Assembly: GCF_020745735.1 (NCBI RefSeq)
Contig: NW_026867603.1
Span: forward strand, 1,798,001-1,862,000
DNA from: Hemiscyllium ocellatum
Lineage: Eukaryota
Length of the DNA: 64,000 bases
Reading direction: 5' to 3'
Part shown: positions 36,906-48,987 of the stretch, one piece after another
Position numbering within the stretch: position 1 is the stretch's first letter
How the letters are laid out: every line of letters starts with the position of its first letter
The notes under the pieces: generated by a model
The model's database searches: none
What the model was told of the DNA's origin: nothing
The model's input: the letters and a program-made list of their open reading frames with translations, nothing else
Program-made: the position numbers and the translations under genes

Positions 36906-39900
36906 TGAAGGAGGAGATGATACATACTCATCACAGACTATTGTCAGAAAAGCTTCTGGTAACAGAAATTCACGGTGAGACCAAACAAAATGCTCAGTTA
37001 CGTAAACGGAGGCTCGAGAGTCCAGGAAATCATGGACAATCTGTGTTAGAGTACTGGGCGAACTTTCACATTCAGGAATGCAATTTGTCCTCGCAAATAA
37101 TGTAACTAATTCACTGGTAGTTTTGCTGCCTTCTCGAGTTGAACAGTCAGTACAGATGCAGGCAACTGAAGAAATAAGAATTATTTTCTTGAATTTTTCC
37201 TCATTGCATGATCACACGATCACAGAGGCATATGTTGACGCAGGGAAGATTAAAAAGGCACAACAAAGGAAGCTTACAAAGCATTATGCAATAAGTATTT
37301 TTGTTCATATAAGTGGCACCGAGCAGGAGCAGATAGGTAGGCATACAAGAGACTATCGCTTTGCTCAGCTGATTGAATTATGGCAGAAAGATGAGATCTT
37401 AAACCAGTTGCATGAACAGGCATTTCCACAGAAAGAGAGTGAATGCACCCCTGTGTGTTATTACTATACAAATTATGTCTTATTGAGGAAATGGAGACCA
37501 TCACACCTTCAAGCAGATGAGAAATAGGCAGAGATTCAGAAAATTGTTTTGCCAGTAGTGTATCGAAAGGCTCTGCTGAGATTGGCACATGAGTTATCAT
37601 TTACAGGTCATTTATGAGCAACGAAAACACAGTCTAGAATACAAGGATATTTCTACTGGCCTGAACTGCACAACAATGTACTTGGATTTTCCCAGGCATG
37701 TCACACATATCAGCTAATCAGAAAACTACAGGCAACAGTAAACCTGCATCTTTAATACCCATTCCAAAATTTGACGAATCATTGGCAAGAGTCTTGATTA
37801 ATGCTTAGGTCCCCTCTCTTAAAGAAAAAAAAGTGAGAGTATGCATTCATTAACAATAATGGATGTGTCGACTCAATATCGAGAGGATATATCCCATTAT
37901 GCAACATCACAGATAAAAGGGCTGTAGAAGGCATACTTTTTTTAACTAGACATGGACTACAAATACAGTTCCAGTCAGACCAAAGATCAAGCTTCACATC
38001 CAAACTATTCAAGGAGGTTTTGGATAACTTGGGAATAAAGCAATTCAAATCCAGTTTGCACCATTCAGAATCGAAGGGAGGGCGAAAGAAATGGAATAAA
38101 ACAAAAAGGACCATGTTGAGGGCTTCTGATCAGGATCATCCAGATGATTGTAAAAAGGAAGTTCTGTTTGTCCTTTTTTCGATCAGAGATGTACCGAATA
38201 AATCCACCAAATGTAGTCCATTTGAATGAATTTTTAGTCACGATGTAAGAATATTAAAATTGATTAAGGAAAAATTAATCATGCAGAATTTGGAGATCAC
38301 CCATTTGGCTTAGTGTCATTTTTTTAAAAAAACGATTAAATTGAGCTAAAGAGTTGGCGAGGCAGCATTTAAAAAGTATCACAGGGTAAAATGAAACAGG
38401 AAACGGATAAGAAATCAGAAAGTCACAATTTTGCACTTGGGGATAAGATATGGCTCTTAAATCCAGTAACAGGTGAGCCTTTTAAAGCAAAGTTAAGTGG
38501 ACCTTATCAAATCGAGAGGAGATTGAGTTAAGTGAACTACTTGATAAAAATTCCAGATAGGATGAGGTTCAACAGAGACTGTCATGAGATTATGCTGAAA
38601 ATGTATCTTGATTGGGAAGGAAAGCAAGAGGAGAAGGTATTAATAATTATAGCACAGAAGAAAGAACTAAGTTCACAGTTGGACAAAGCTCAAATAAAAT
38701 TGGATAATAAAGACGTTCTCCAAAATTGTGACAAATTATTAAGTTATCTTCCACAAGGAAATCGAAATGTCCTGAAAAAGTTATTCATATCACAGGCTGA
38801 GGTATGTGAAAATAAACTAAGAATTACTAACCTAAATGTTCATGACGTCGAGATAGACGATTCTGTTGCGATTAAGCAGTATTCATATCAGTTTTATCCT
38901 CTAACGTTGGCACAGGTTCAGCAAGAGATGGAGCGCATCCTACAAGATGGCGTAACTGATGTGATTTACCATGACTGCAGCTCATCCATAGTCATGATGC
39001 CAAAGCCAGATCGTACCCAAGGTTTATGTGTGGACTGTTTCAAATTTAACGCTGTGGCAAAGACTGATGCATAATCCAGTACCACGTGGGACTGGAAACG
39101 TGGGGCATATGACTTTCATTTTTAAGCTGGACTTGCTCTGACACGACTGGGCAAGTATTTCTGTGAGAGAAAGGAAAGACAACTTCGGTTTTTGTGACGC
39201 CAAGTGAACAATCTCCGTTCAAAGTCATGCCATTTGGTATGAAAAAATGTTCCAGCCATTTTTTTAGAGACTGACTAATAAGGTCATTGCAGGATTTGCA
39301 GGATTTCCCAATGATGTGGCGTATATTGAACACCTGGTGATTTTTAGCCACACATGGAAGGAACATTTACAGCAACTGTTGGACTTGTTTGATCGACATC
39401 GGTAAGCAGGCATGGTGATAAACCCAGTTAAAGTGAGTTTGCCAAAGCCCTTGTCACTTTCCTGGACCATGTGATTAGATGTGGACAAACGACCCCAACG
39501 GATGTGGAAACAAAATTAATTGGGGAATTTGCCACACCGTCGAAAAGAAAAGCATTATTCCAGTTCCTGGGACGGATTGGATTTTAATGAGAAGTTTGTG
39601 CTGAACTTCAGCAGAATGGCTGCTGCACTCACCGATTTGTTAAACAAGAGCAAGAAGCTTCAGTGAGCAGCAAACTGTCAAAAGGCGCTTGACAGCCTAA
39701 AATCTGTTTTAATCACGGCCCCACTATTAGCTACACTGGATTACAGAAAGCCTTTCAAGGTGGCTACCGATGCTAGTGATGTGGGTGTCAGTACGGTGCT
39801 CCTGCAGGAGAATGACGAGGGAATAGAAAGATCTGTCATGTATTTAACAGGAATTTGAACGTTGATGAATGTCAATATTCAAAGATGGAGAAAGAGACTT

Positions 39901-40322
39901 TAAGCTTAGTGTTGGCATTGCAACCTTTCAGTGTCTATATTACCAGTCACGCATCTAAGACAAGCACATACACTGATCATAAGCATATACACTGAACATT
40001 TCTTGGAATAAAGATTAGGACAGAAATGCCAGACTGCTTAGATGTTAGCTTGTTGTTACAGTCATTCTGTTGACCAATTGTGCATTTGGTAGGTCGCGAA
40101 AACTTTGTTGTTGGTGTGTTATTGAAACTCAAATGAGATGTGGAGGCGTTTGATGGTGGGCACATCAAAGCCTGAATTTGTGTGTGGTTGTGCATATTTG
40201 CGTGTTTCTAGTTCGTATCGTTGGTAAAAGTGTGTTTAGGCTTCCAACCAGGTTTTTGATGAGCTTTAAAAGATGAAGACATCTTTTGGTATTGATAGTT
40301 CACTTTTGTTTCAGGTGGCTGT

Positions 40323-40973
40323 TGTCACAAAGCTGTCGCTGTTTTTTTTTTGCTAATGCCTGTTCCTTATCTCAAGGTTACTACATCTTTGCTTCTTTTT
40401 GTCAGAGGGATAACAAACCGCTCTCGGGTCCGATTAGGCTAGTTTGGTACAGAGATTAAATGTATTGAGAGGTCCTTTTATTTCTATGTCAACAAATGAG
40501 ATTTCAGGCCAATATGGTCATGTTTCAGAAGTGAGCTGGAGAATGAAAGAGGAGTGATCAGCTTTCGAGCTGAGTAGCTTCGTTCAGTCCAGAACTGCTG
40601 GGAGTTCAGTGGTGAGCTGTGTCGAAACTCTCTTTCCCATCTTCGGAACTTCTAACTTCAATCTGTAAGCTCGTGTTCAATTTATACTCGTTTTTAGGGA
40701 GGGGTCGCTTAATGGGACTGTTGTGTATCTTCAGTATGGCATAATGCAGCCTAGTTTGAAGAGACTGCCTTCGGTAGGGGTTCTTTATTGTGTTCTTTGT
40801 GTTTCATTGTATCACCTTTTAAAGAAAGTGTTGTATGTTTTAAAGCTTAGTAGTCAATCACGCTAACTTTATCCGTGTAATTTTCACTCTATGCTAATGG
40901 AAACAAACTGCAAACTTATGTTCTGGGTGGCCTGTTTATGAAGGTTTTGAGTGGTCTAGCTTTGTCTATAGCA
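40323..40973 (+). mobile_element. 3' LTR of Gypsy element 2
   Basis: TGTCACAAAG...TATAGCA (TG..CA), follows RNase H and a degenerate PPT. Confidence 0.6.
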
Positions 40974-40974
40974 C

Positions 40975-41600
40975 TATTTTCTGGCTATTACTGACCTCTC
41001 CCACATGCTATTTTCGAACTCAAGGCAGTCCAGATTAGCATTGTTAACCTGCTCTCGGAGCTCTCACGTTTGACTTTTAGTTTTCTTGAGACGTCTCCTG
41101 TGTAGAGTGGTTTCCCAGTTCGCGAGCATCTCCTATCCTTCAGCTGTTTTCTGGCTCAGGATCATCTCCCGTTTTAAATTGATGTCAGGCTCTTTGGTCC
41201 CTCACGTCTGATTGCCCTTCGTCACATGTAGCTTTACTGCCACTCATGTCTGTTGTTTCCAGTTCAACAGCCTCTCTCAACCCTCGCAATTCCCTGGAAC
41301 CCAAGCATTTTATGACCAAAACACTTTTCTAGCTTACTGGCTTTTCCAACATATCTCTAACCTCGTGAATCTTCCGAGTGCTTCTGTCTTCTTGTACTTT
41401 AGCCAAACCCATTTGGCTGTCTCCGGCAGCTACTTTCGTAATTTGCTTCACCGTGTCTTGGTCCTCTCCAATCCACACTGGTTTCCTGTGCCTGGACAAG
41501 TTCACTGTCATACAATTTTCCAGGTTTCGAGCCTCTCTGTTTTCTGTCTCACTGGTCACCCCTGACAGCTGTAACTTCCATGCTCTCGGTCCTCTTTAAC
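40975..41600 (+). repeat. Degenerate ~35-bp pyrimidine-rich tandem array (left part)
   Basis: Recurrent 'ctgttttc(c)agctc..catctccc' motifs. Confidence 0.45.
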
Positions 41601-41848
41601 CTTTGTTGATTTCCTGCTTTTAGTTAAAAATCACACAACATCAGGTTACAGTGTGTGCGAGTGTAAAGGGGTCGAGGTCTGTGAGTGTGAGAGTATATGT
41701 GTCTGTAGGAGTGTGTGTAAGTAGCTGTGTGCGTGTCTGTGTATAGCAGTGCCTGTGCACGTGTGTGTGTATGTGTGTCTGTGTATAAGAGTGTGTGTGC
41801 ATGTCGGAGTGTCAATGTGTGTTATCTTGCAATGGTGGTTACCTGTAC

Positions 41849-42767
41849 ATAGAACATAGAACATAGAAAAATACAGCGCAGTACAGGCCCTTCGGCCCAC
41901 GATGTTGCGCCGACCAATGCCCGCTTAAATGACCATAAAGAGGGAGAGTTCACCACTGCGACTGGCAGGGCATTCCATGAACTCACAACCCGCTGAGTAA
42001 AGAATCTACCCCTAACATCTGTCCTATACCTACTACCCCTTAATTTAAAACTGTGTCCCCTAGTAACAGCTGACTCCATTAACAGAAAAAGGTTCTCAGT
42101 GTCTACCCTATCTAAACCCCTAATCATCTTGTACACCTCTATCAAATCTCCCCTAAACCTTCTTTTCTCCAATGAGAACAGCCCCAAGTGCCTCAGCCTT
42201 TCCTCATACGATCTTCCTACCATTCCAGGCAACATCCTGGTAAACCTCCTCTGCACTCGTTCCAATGCCTCCACATCCTTCCTATAGTATGGCGACCAAA
42301 ACTGCACACAATACTCCAGATGAGGCCGCACTAGAGTCGTATACAACTGCAACATGACCTCAGGACTCTGGAACTCAATTCCTCTACCAATAAATCCCAG
42401 TACACCATATGCCTTCTTCACAGCACTATTTAACTGGGTGGCAACTTTCAGAGATCTGTGTACATGGACACCAAGATCCCTCTGCTCATCCACACTACCA
42501 AGTAGCCTACCATTAGCCCAGTCATCCATCTTCTTGTTACTCCTACCAAAGTGAATGACTTCACACTTAGCTACATTGAACTCCATTTGCCAGCTTTCTG
42601 CCCAGCTGTGCAACTTATCTATATCCCACTGTAACCTGCCACATCCTTCTTCGCTGTCCACAACTCCACCGACTTTCGTGTCATCCGCAAACTTGCTTAC
42701 CCAGCTTTCAAGCCCCTCCTCTAGATCATTTATAAAGATGACAAACAGCAATGGTCCCAAAACAGAC
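41849..42767 (-). mobile_element. Young 5'-truncated CR1
   Basis: Open 312-aa frame with 'SKFADDTK'; TSD CCTGTAC at 41842-41848 and 42768-42774. Confidence 0.95.
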
Positions 42768-43562
42768 CCTGTACTGTCACAACAACCCGTGGTCCCGGTT
42801 GAGGCCCTCCCTCTGGATACGGAACTTAACTATGAATCTTTGCTTGTCCACTGTACAACCCTGTTACAGTAAGCGCTGCAACACTTGTCAGACTGTGGAC
42901 ATGGATACCACCATTAGGCGTGGGGCCACCTCACACCATTTACATGTCAGGTACTCATGTGATTTAGCCAACATTGTCCCTCTCATACGCTGCAGGAAAG
43001 AATGCCCCGAGGCATTGTTCATTGCTGAAACCGAGCAGAGGCTATTGCAACGGACAAATGGGCACCACACAACAATCAAAAGGAACTGGTGTTCCCTCCC
43101 AGTTGGAGAACACTTCAGCGGTCCAGAATATTCGAACTCCTCCAAGGTGGATTTCGGGACATATGGCAATGAAATGTGGCCGAGCAGAGGCTGATACCTC
43201 AATTCAGTACCCATAAGCAGGGCCAACAAACGGGACCTTGGGTTCAAATCACATTACAGGATAGCACCATTGTGCTATAAACACACACACACACACACCG
43301 ACACTCTTGTACTCAGACATGCACAAAGATACTCACACAAACTCCGACAGACGCACACAATTCCACATTTATCCATGTGCCTTCTGATAGACTTAGACTA
43401 CTTCACACTCACACATATACCCCCACAGACACTTACAAACCTCTACCCCAGACACACACACACTCCCACATTCACACATGCGCCCTCTCACAGATTTAGA
43501 TATGTTTACACTCACACAAACATATGCACTCTCTCTCACAGACATTCCAAACCACCACCCCA

Positions 43563-43563
<1 letters not shown>

Positions 43564-43626
<63 letters not shown>
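43564..43626 (+). repeat. (CA)n microsatellite
   Basis: Perfect CA run. Confidence 0.95.
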
Positions 43627-43629
<3 letters not shown>

Positions 43630-44129
43630 CCACATGCAAGCATGCACGCATTTGTGGGTTGAATTTGTACTTGCGGAGTTACATAGTACTTTAATCAAAA
43701 ACTGCATGAATCCATGTAACCCTCTGCTAACTCATTTTTTAAGATTAGCATCAGCCTAAACATTATCGCACAGGCGACATCACAAAGAGGGCTAACACAC
43801 TCAACATATTATCTGGGCTTACACCAATTGCTAAGGTTAACCTGAGAATGTAAATTTTAGAAAAGTTTTGTGAAACTGACATGGTCATTCTCACAGATGA
43901 GAGTTTAAGCAAATAATCAAGGTATTTTTCAATGTATAATTTCAGTTACATCACTCTATAAACTTTCGCAAGAAATCCTGTGTCTTACCATTGTGCACTC
44001 CACACCCACCTGATGAAGGAGCAATGCTCCAAAAGCTAGTGCTTCCGATTTAATCTGTTGGAATATGACCTGGTGTTGTGTGATTTTTAACTTTGTACAC
44101 CCCAGTCCAACACTGGAATCTCCAAATCA

Positions 44130-45000
44130 TTCCTGCTCTTAGACATTTTCGCTGTCACACACATTTTCGGGTGTCAAGCCAATTATGTCCGTCAGTTCGC
44201 TCGTCATTTCTGACAGCTAAACCTTTCCCGCTATCGGGCAATTGTATCGTGGTGTTTTCAGCTCTCGAATTTCTACCCTATCTAGCTCTTTTCCAGCTCA
44301 CAGGCAAACACATTATCACCAAGCTTCAAACTGACAGAACGTTCCAATCTTGGAAAGGTATCCAGCTCTAACACTACTCACCTCTCGGACTGTTGTCCAA
44401 CTCTCGGCTCAATCAACTCACCTGCTGGTTTGCAGTTCTTGGATCCACTCCAACGTCAATTTAGAAATTCACCACTCTCTTAAGACTTTCCAGGTCTTGA
44501 ACCACCTCCCACTCTCATTGTTTTCCAGCTCACATACTGTTCGCCTGACACACTGCTTTCGAGCTTCACAGACATCTCCCTATTGTGCTACTTATTGAAC
44601 TCTCAAATCCTGTATGGCTCATCCCGTTTTTAAGCTGTTGTATCATGCTATTCTCCTCCTCTCAGATGTATATTTGATCAGACAATTTTCAATCTCTGAG
44701 ATCCCTACCCTAATTATGCATGCACTCATGCTGTTTTCAGGATCTTGCCACTCTCATTGTGTTTTCCAGAACTCAGAACATCTCCCACCTCGGGCTATAT
44801 AACAGAATATCTCCCTTTAAACACTCGCACTGTTTCAAGCTGTCGTAGCTGTCCTGATTCCCTCTGTATATCAGGTCTAAAATCCACCCCGCCTCACAGT
44901 CTATCACAGCTGTCGGACCAATCTCCTCACACGTGCTGCTTTGTTCCAGCTCTGGGGTCTGTTTCCACCCTATTTTTGGATTAGAGACACCTGAGGCCTG
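44130..45000 (+). repeat. Degenerate ~35-bp tandem array (right part), AGCT-rich
   Basis: Recurrent 'gttttccagctc', 'acatctccc' and 'ccactctcattg'. Confidence 0.55.
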
Positions 45001-46347
45001 TAAAATTGGATGTCGACAGTATTGCTGAACGATGGCACTGTTTTGAAGAGGTAGCAACAGTTAAAGATTCGTTTGTATTTTAACAATTCAAATATTACAG
45101 AAACATTCAACATTTCATGTCCCCCACCACCGCCCCCCCCCCCCCCCAAACCCCTGTATTAATGCAGAGCTGCATAACTAAGCCAGTCCTGAAAAAGCGA
45201 TATTGGACCTAAAGTATTAACTGTTTTTTTCTTATAATTGCTGCTGTTTTCAGCTGATAAACTCCAATGATTTGATTTGTGTTTCAGGTTTCGAGCAGCC
45301 ATACTTCTTTGTTTTATCATCAACTGAATAAGTTTGGGTTGACATGAATTCATCTAAGGACTCCAGAGCTTTTTTCCATATTCTGGAAATCAGCTGTAAA
45401 TGCTATCATTACGATGCATCAGCAACACTTAAGGAAATAGCTTTCATTAAACAGGATTCAAATGCTGGCCTCTGTGATAAAAAACGTCGAACCCACACCA
45501 CTAAGCTACTGCAGGGATGAATCTGTCTTTCTCGATGTGCATTTTGTTTTTTGATGATTAAAAATCTGCCGACTGCATCCTTGTATGTACCTAATGATCC
45601 AGCCTCGACAGACCTCTATGGAAAAGAAAATCTCAGAATCACGGAATGTCCTCAGCTCTCTATTTAATGTGCAGCCCTTATGATAAGATTTTGACCTCTG
45701 GTTGAAGACTGTCACAGAAGGGAATGAACAGTTTTGCACATCCAAACTATTAAAGCCTTTGGGAATCTTGTGTATTTCAGCAAACAGTGGGGTTCATTTA
45801 GTAAAAGTGCGATAAACAGTTCTTCCTCAAACGTGAATCAAGCTCAAGCCTAACTGTCATAAAATCACCACGATCACGACGACGGACAGAAATGACGATT
45901 GCATTGTTTCCAAGTGACATAAGTCCAACTTCTGTTTTATTAATCTCAAATTGAGAGTGTTCTTGGTAAGTGCATTGGGATGATTAATTTTATACTCGAT
46001 AGAATACACAAATGCTATTCTCTTTTTTACGGAGAAGTAGGAAGAGACAAAATATCTTCTTGCATTTCCTCCTCCGAATATTTTTCATACTGATGACCGA
46101 ATGGAATGAGAAGGAAGGTTAAGTTGGCATAAGTATTTTCATGCACCCTCGCGAAGAGAAACTCATTAGTTTGCCGAGTTTGCAGGACAGTCGAATCCCC
46201 AGAAAGGAAGGATTTTACCAACTTGGATCATTATTATCCCATTCTATACTTTAGATTTCCTGACTGTTCATGATTCAATGCGCATAGAACAATTTAGAAT
46301 GTTGGGATGGATTTTGTCCTCCGGATTTTTGTTATTTATTTCTGCAG

Positions 46348-46608
46348 GGAAGTGAATCATGTCAGAAACTGTCATGGCAGAATCGGTGCGATGTGAACCT
46401 GCGCATCATCATCACCTCTCGATCCAGTTTGCAAGCTCCATTCGGAATGCAATGTCCTTCGGACATGACCACAGCCAGGTTACAGAAAAGCAAGGAAGAA
46501 TTCAACCACTTCCGTGTCTGTGTTTTGCCCGAAAGTGTTCAGCATTTCATCGAAATTGTTTACAGAAGACCACAGCACAAAAGGTGCCCTTTGTCCATCC
46601 AGTCGAAA
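46348..46608 (+). pseudogene. Exon-like segment with decayed RING-H2-like motifs
   Basis: TTTCTGCAG| ... |GTAAGC, 261 nt, phase-0 frame open; 'QKSKEEF..VCVLP' + 'KCSAFHRNCLQK' + 'QHKRCPLS' via two compensating frameshifts. Confidence 0.3.
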
Positions 46609-47985
46609 GTAAGCACTTGCGTATTAATTAAGGAAACCCAAATGTAATTGCGGATGCTGAAAACCAAAAAACGGAAGAAATATCGCGATAAAACTCGCAG
46701 GTGAGTTCAGTCAAAGTGTCACTGGACCGGTAAGGCCAGCAAAGCCTTCTCTACCAGACTATGCCAATCGAACCTTCAAACACCTGGCCTGACGCTTTGT
46801 TTAACTTGGCATCACAATCTCACATCGAAATGTTTCTTCGACCTTGTGAAGGTTTTGCACTCGACATTACAGAGATGGACAGAGATTTAGATTCCCAACA
46901 CTTTAAGTGGAAACAAATCCCAAGTGTTTCCTGTCCCAAAGGGACAAAGCCATACTCTAACAATCCTGATCCAACCGTAGTCAGTAGGGTGAAATCCCAA
47001 CAGACTCCTGAATCCATCTCCTCAACCATTCAGCCATGATGAGATATTCTGTAATCAGATTGACTTTGATATCGAACACAAACTAAATTACACGCATGAG
47101 GGTAACAATGGGAAAACGTCACTTACTGGGGGGAGTTCATTTTCAGATTTGTAGTCATCACCATTTGCACAAAATGAAGGTATTTTGTTGCTGAAATGTT
47201 TTATGAGGGTGTTGTGAATTTATTTGTGATTGCCTCGCTCGGGGATTATGTCAACGCTGCTCTGAGGATTTGTGAGTGGGATTTAATCTCCTTGCGTTTT
47301 TTGTTTTAAGGCTGCCTTCGGAATCTTGAGCGGCTTTGTCCGAGCTTGGAGGATCTTCTGCCTCAGGGATTAGCGGGAAGAGAGTGACTGAAGCTGTAGT
47401 CTCTGCTGACTTCGGCAGTGGGAGATTGGAATGTGTGAGTTTGGAAACTTAACGCTATTTTCATGTGTTCTGGTCTCCCTGACTGTGCAACTGTGGGACA
47501 GTGAACTATTGACAGGTTTGCGAAAGTCAACCACATCATAGATTTATATGGCATGCCTGTCTCAGCAAACAGTGAGAGAACTGACGTAATAGTTCTCAAT
47601 CATATCCCCAAAACATTATCGCAGCTACTTTGCAGAAATTCCTCACCAGCTCTTATTTTAATATTACCAATGTTTTCCACTCTACACTGAATCCTAAAAT
47701 TACAAGCTTGGCCTTGAACTCGATGCATATGTGAAGCTTTAACTCAAACCCGTCTCTGCCTTGAAGGAAATAAGGGGAGAGAAGGAGACTATTTGGCTCC
47801 ATAAGGCCACTTCGGCATTTAACAAATCATGGATGATTATCTACCTCAATGCATTTTTTCTGCACCATCTCCGTATCCCTTAATATCCATAAAGGTATCA
47901 ATATCTGACTTGAAAATACTTATCTCAGGTAGAGAAGACAAAAGCTTTGCCATTCTCTGAGTGAGGAAAATCTTTCTTGCATCAT

Positions 47986-48717
47986 TGTTATGAAGATGTC
48001 AGTGTACTATACCTTTCAGAGAGTTAAAAGTAACCGAACTACCTAGTAACACAACGTGTTCTAAAGAGAGATATAATGTAATCTTTTTGACCAGCACTTC
48101 GGGTCGTTGGTTGTCTGGAGACAAAACCAGACTCTAATTAGACCAATCAGTTTAAGTTTTACCTCCTTCCCCAATCATCTCAAATTCCGTTTCAATTTAG
48201 TATATTGTCCTACTTAAAGGCCAATGACAGAATCCAATGCTTTGGGGGTTGGGGGTGGGAGGTGGAGGTGGTGGTGAGGGTGGTATAAGACGGGGGAACA
48301 TTGAACCATTGCGAAGAGAACTGCCAAGTCATCAGCATGTAGAGACTGCCCAAACAAAATAGCTCTCTGAACGGTGTCTTTATCGATAAGTAACCATAAA
48401 ATAGAATCCTCAAGTAGAGAGGGACGCAGAGAAGAAGCGAAAGCTGGCTAGGTTTGAGGTAAGAAGTTTTGTCTCGTATATCTTAATCATTTTTTATCGG
48501 ATTACTAATGTAGAACGGGTAGGTTCAAGATAGATTAGAGGAAGGCATGGTAAGTATTTGTTAGTTAGTTATTCGCTGTTATACATTAAGCAATAAGGTT
48601 GTTATTTTTTGCATCAAATACTGCTTGGCCGCTCGAATTTTCATAGAATACTGCACGGAATAAATCTTTTCTGTGTTGCTGGTGTGAATTGGCAGGACGC
48701 CTTATCCCGTTCTGTAA
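47986..48717 (+). mobile_element. 5' LTR of Gmr1-like Gypsy element 3
   Basis: Homologous to 2282-2980; degenerate PBS 'tggtggctggtc' at 48721. Confidence 0.78.
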
Positions 48718-48720
48718 GTT

Positions 48721-48956
48721 TGGTGGCTGGTCGCTCAGATATTATCGATTTGTGGGATTTATTATGCGATTTTAATAGTTTAAGTCTTGGATTTGAGTTT
48801 AACCAAGGACAAAAGTAAATCTGAACTTGTAAGGGACTTACTCAAACACTTAGGAGTGTCAGAGAAACAGGCATGTGCAGTAGAGGTAGAAAACTAAAAT
48901 TATAGTTGACGAAAATGGAGTGAGAAGATACAGAGAGAAAGGAAAGAGAAAAGAGA

Positions 48957-48987
<31 letters not shown>

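Larger units (their letters stand above)
34400..40322 (+). mobile_element. Decayed Gmr1-like Gypsy element 2, internal region
   Basis: gag 'DFERIKQSNFDR', knuckle 'CFRCNKVGH' (~35577), integrase HHCC 'AHELSFTGHL..FYWPELH..ACHTYQ' (~37585-37715), integrase core to ~38230, RT 38870-39480, RNase H 'FKVATDASDVGV' (~39750). Confidence 0.88.
41622..44120 (+). mobile_element. Penelope 3' fragment with inverted terminus, interrupted by a CR1
   Basis: GIY-YIG-like 'RCNTCQ..YSCD..LIRCRKECP..FIAETEQRL' 42870-43100; CA-rich 3' region; mutated HHR at 44007-44041; 41622-41648 is the inverse of 44066-44092. Confidence 0.8.

Noticed and set aside
41822-42760. 312-aa ORF as a host gene
   Set aside because: 5'-truncated CR1 ORF2 with TSD; read-through comes from a 48-bp deletion
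43270-43759. THTH/CVCV ORFs (also 41624-41900, 60472-60691)
   Set aside because: Translations of CA/TG microsatellites
44130-45000. Ig switch region
   Set aside because: No Ig V, J or C segments or RSS recognised nearby; AGCT enrichment follows from the repeat unit
46510-46608. CXC chemokine reading (PCLC...PVE)
   Set aside because: Third Cys is misplaced, that frame has a stop just after the acceptor, and RING-H2 motifs explain the segment better
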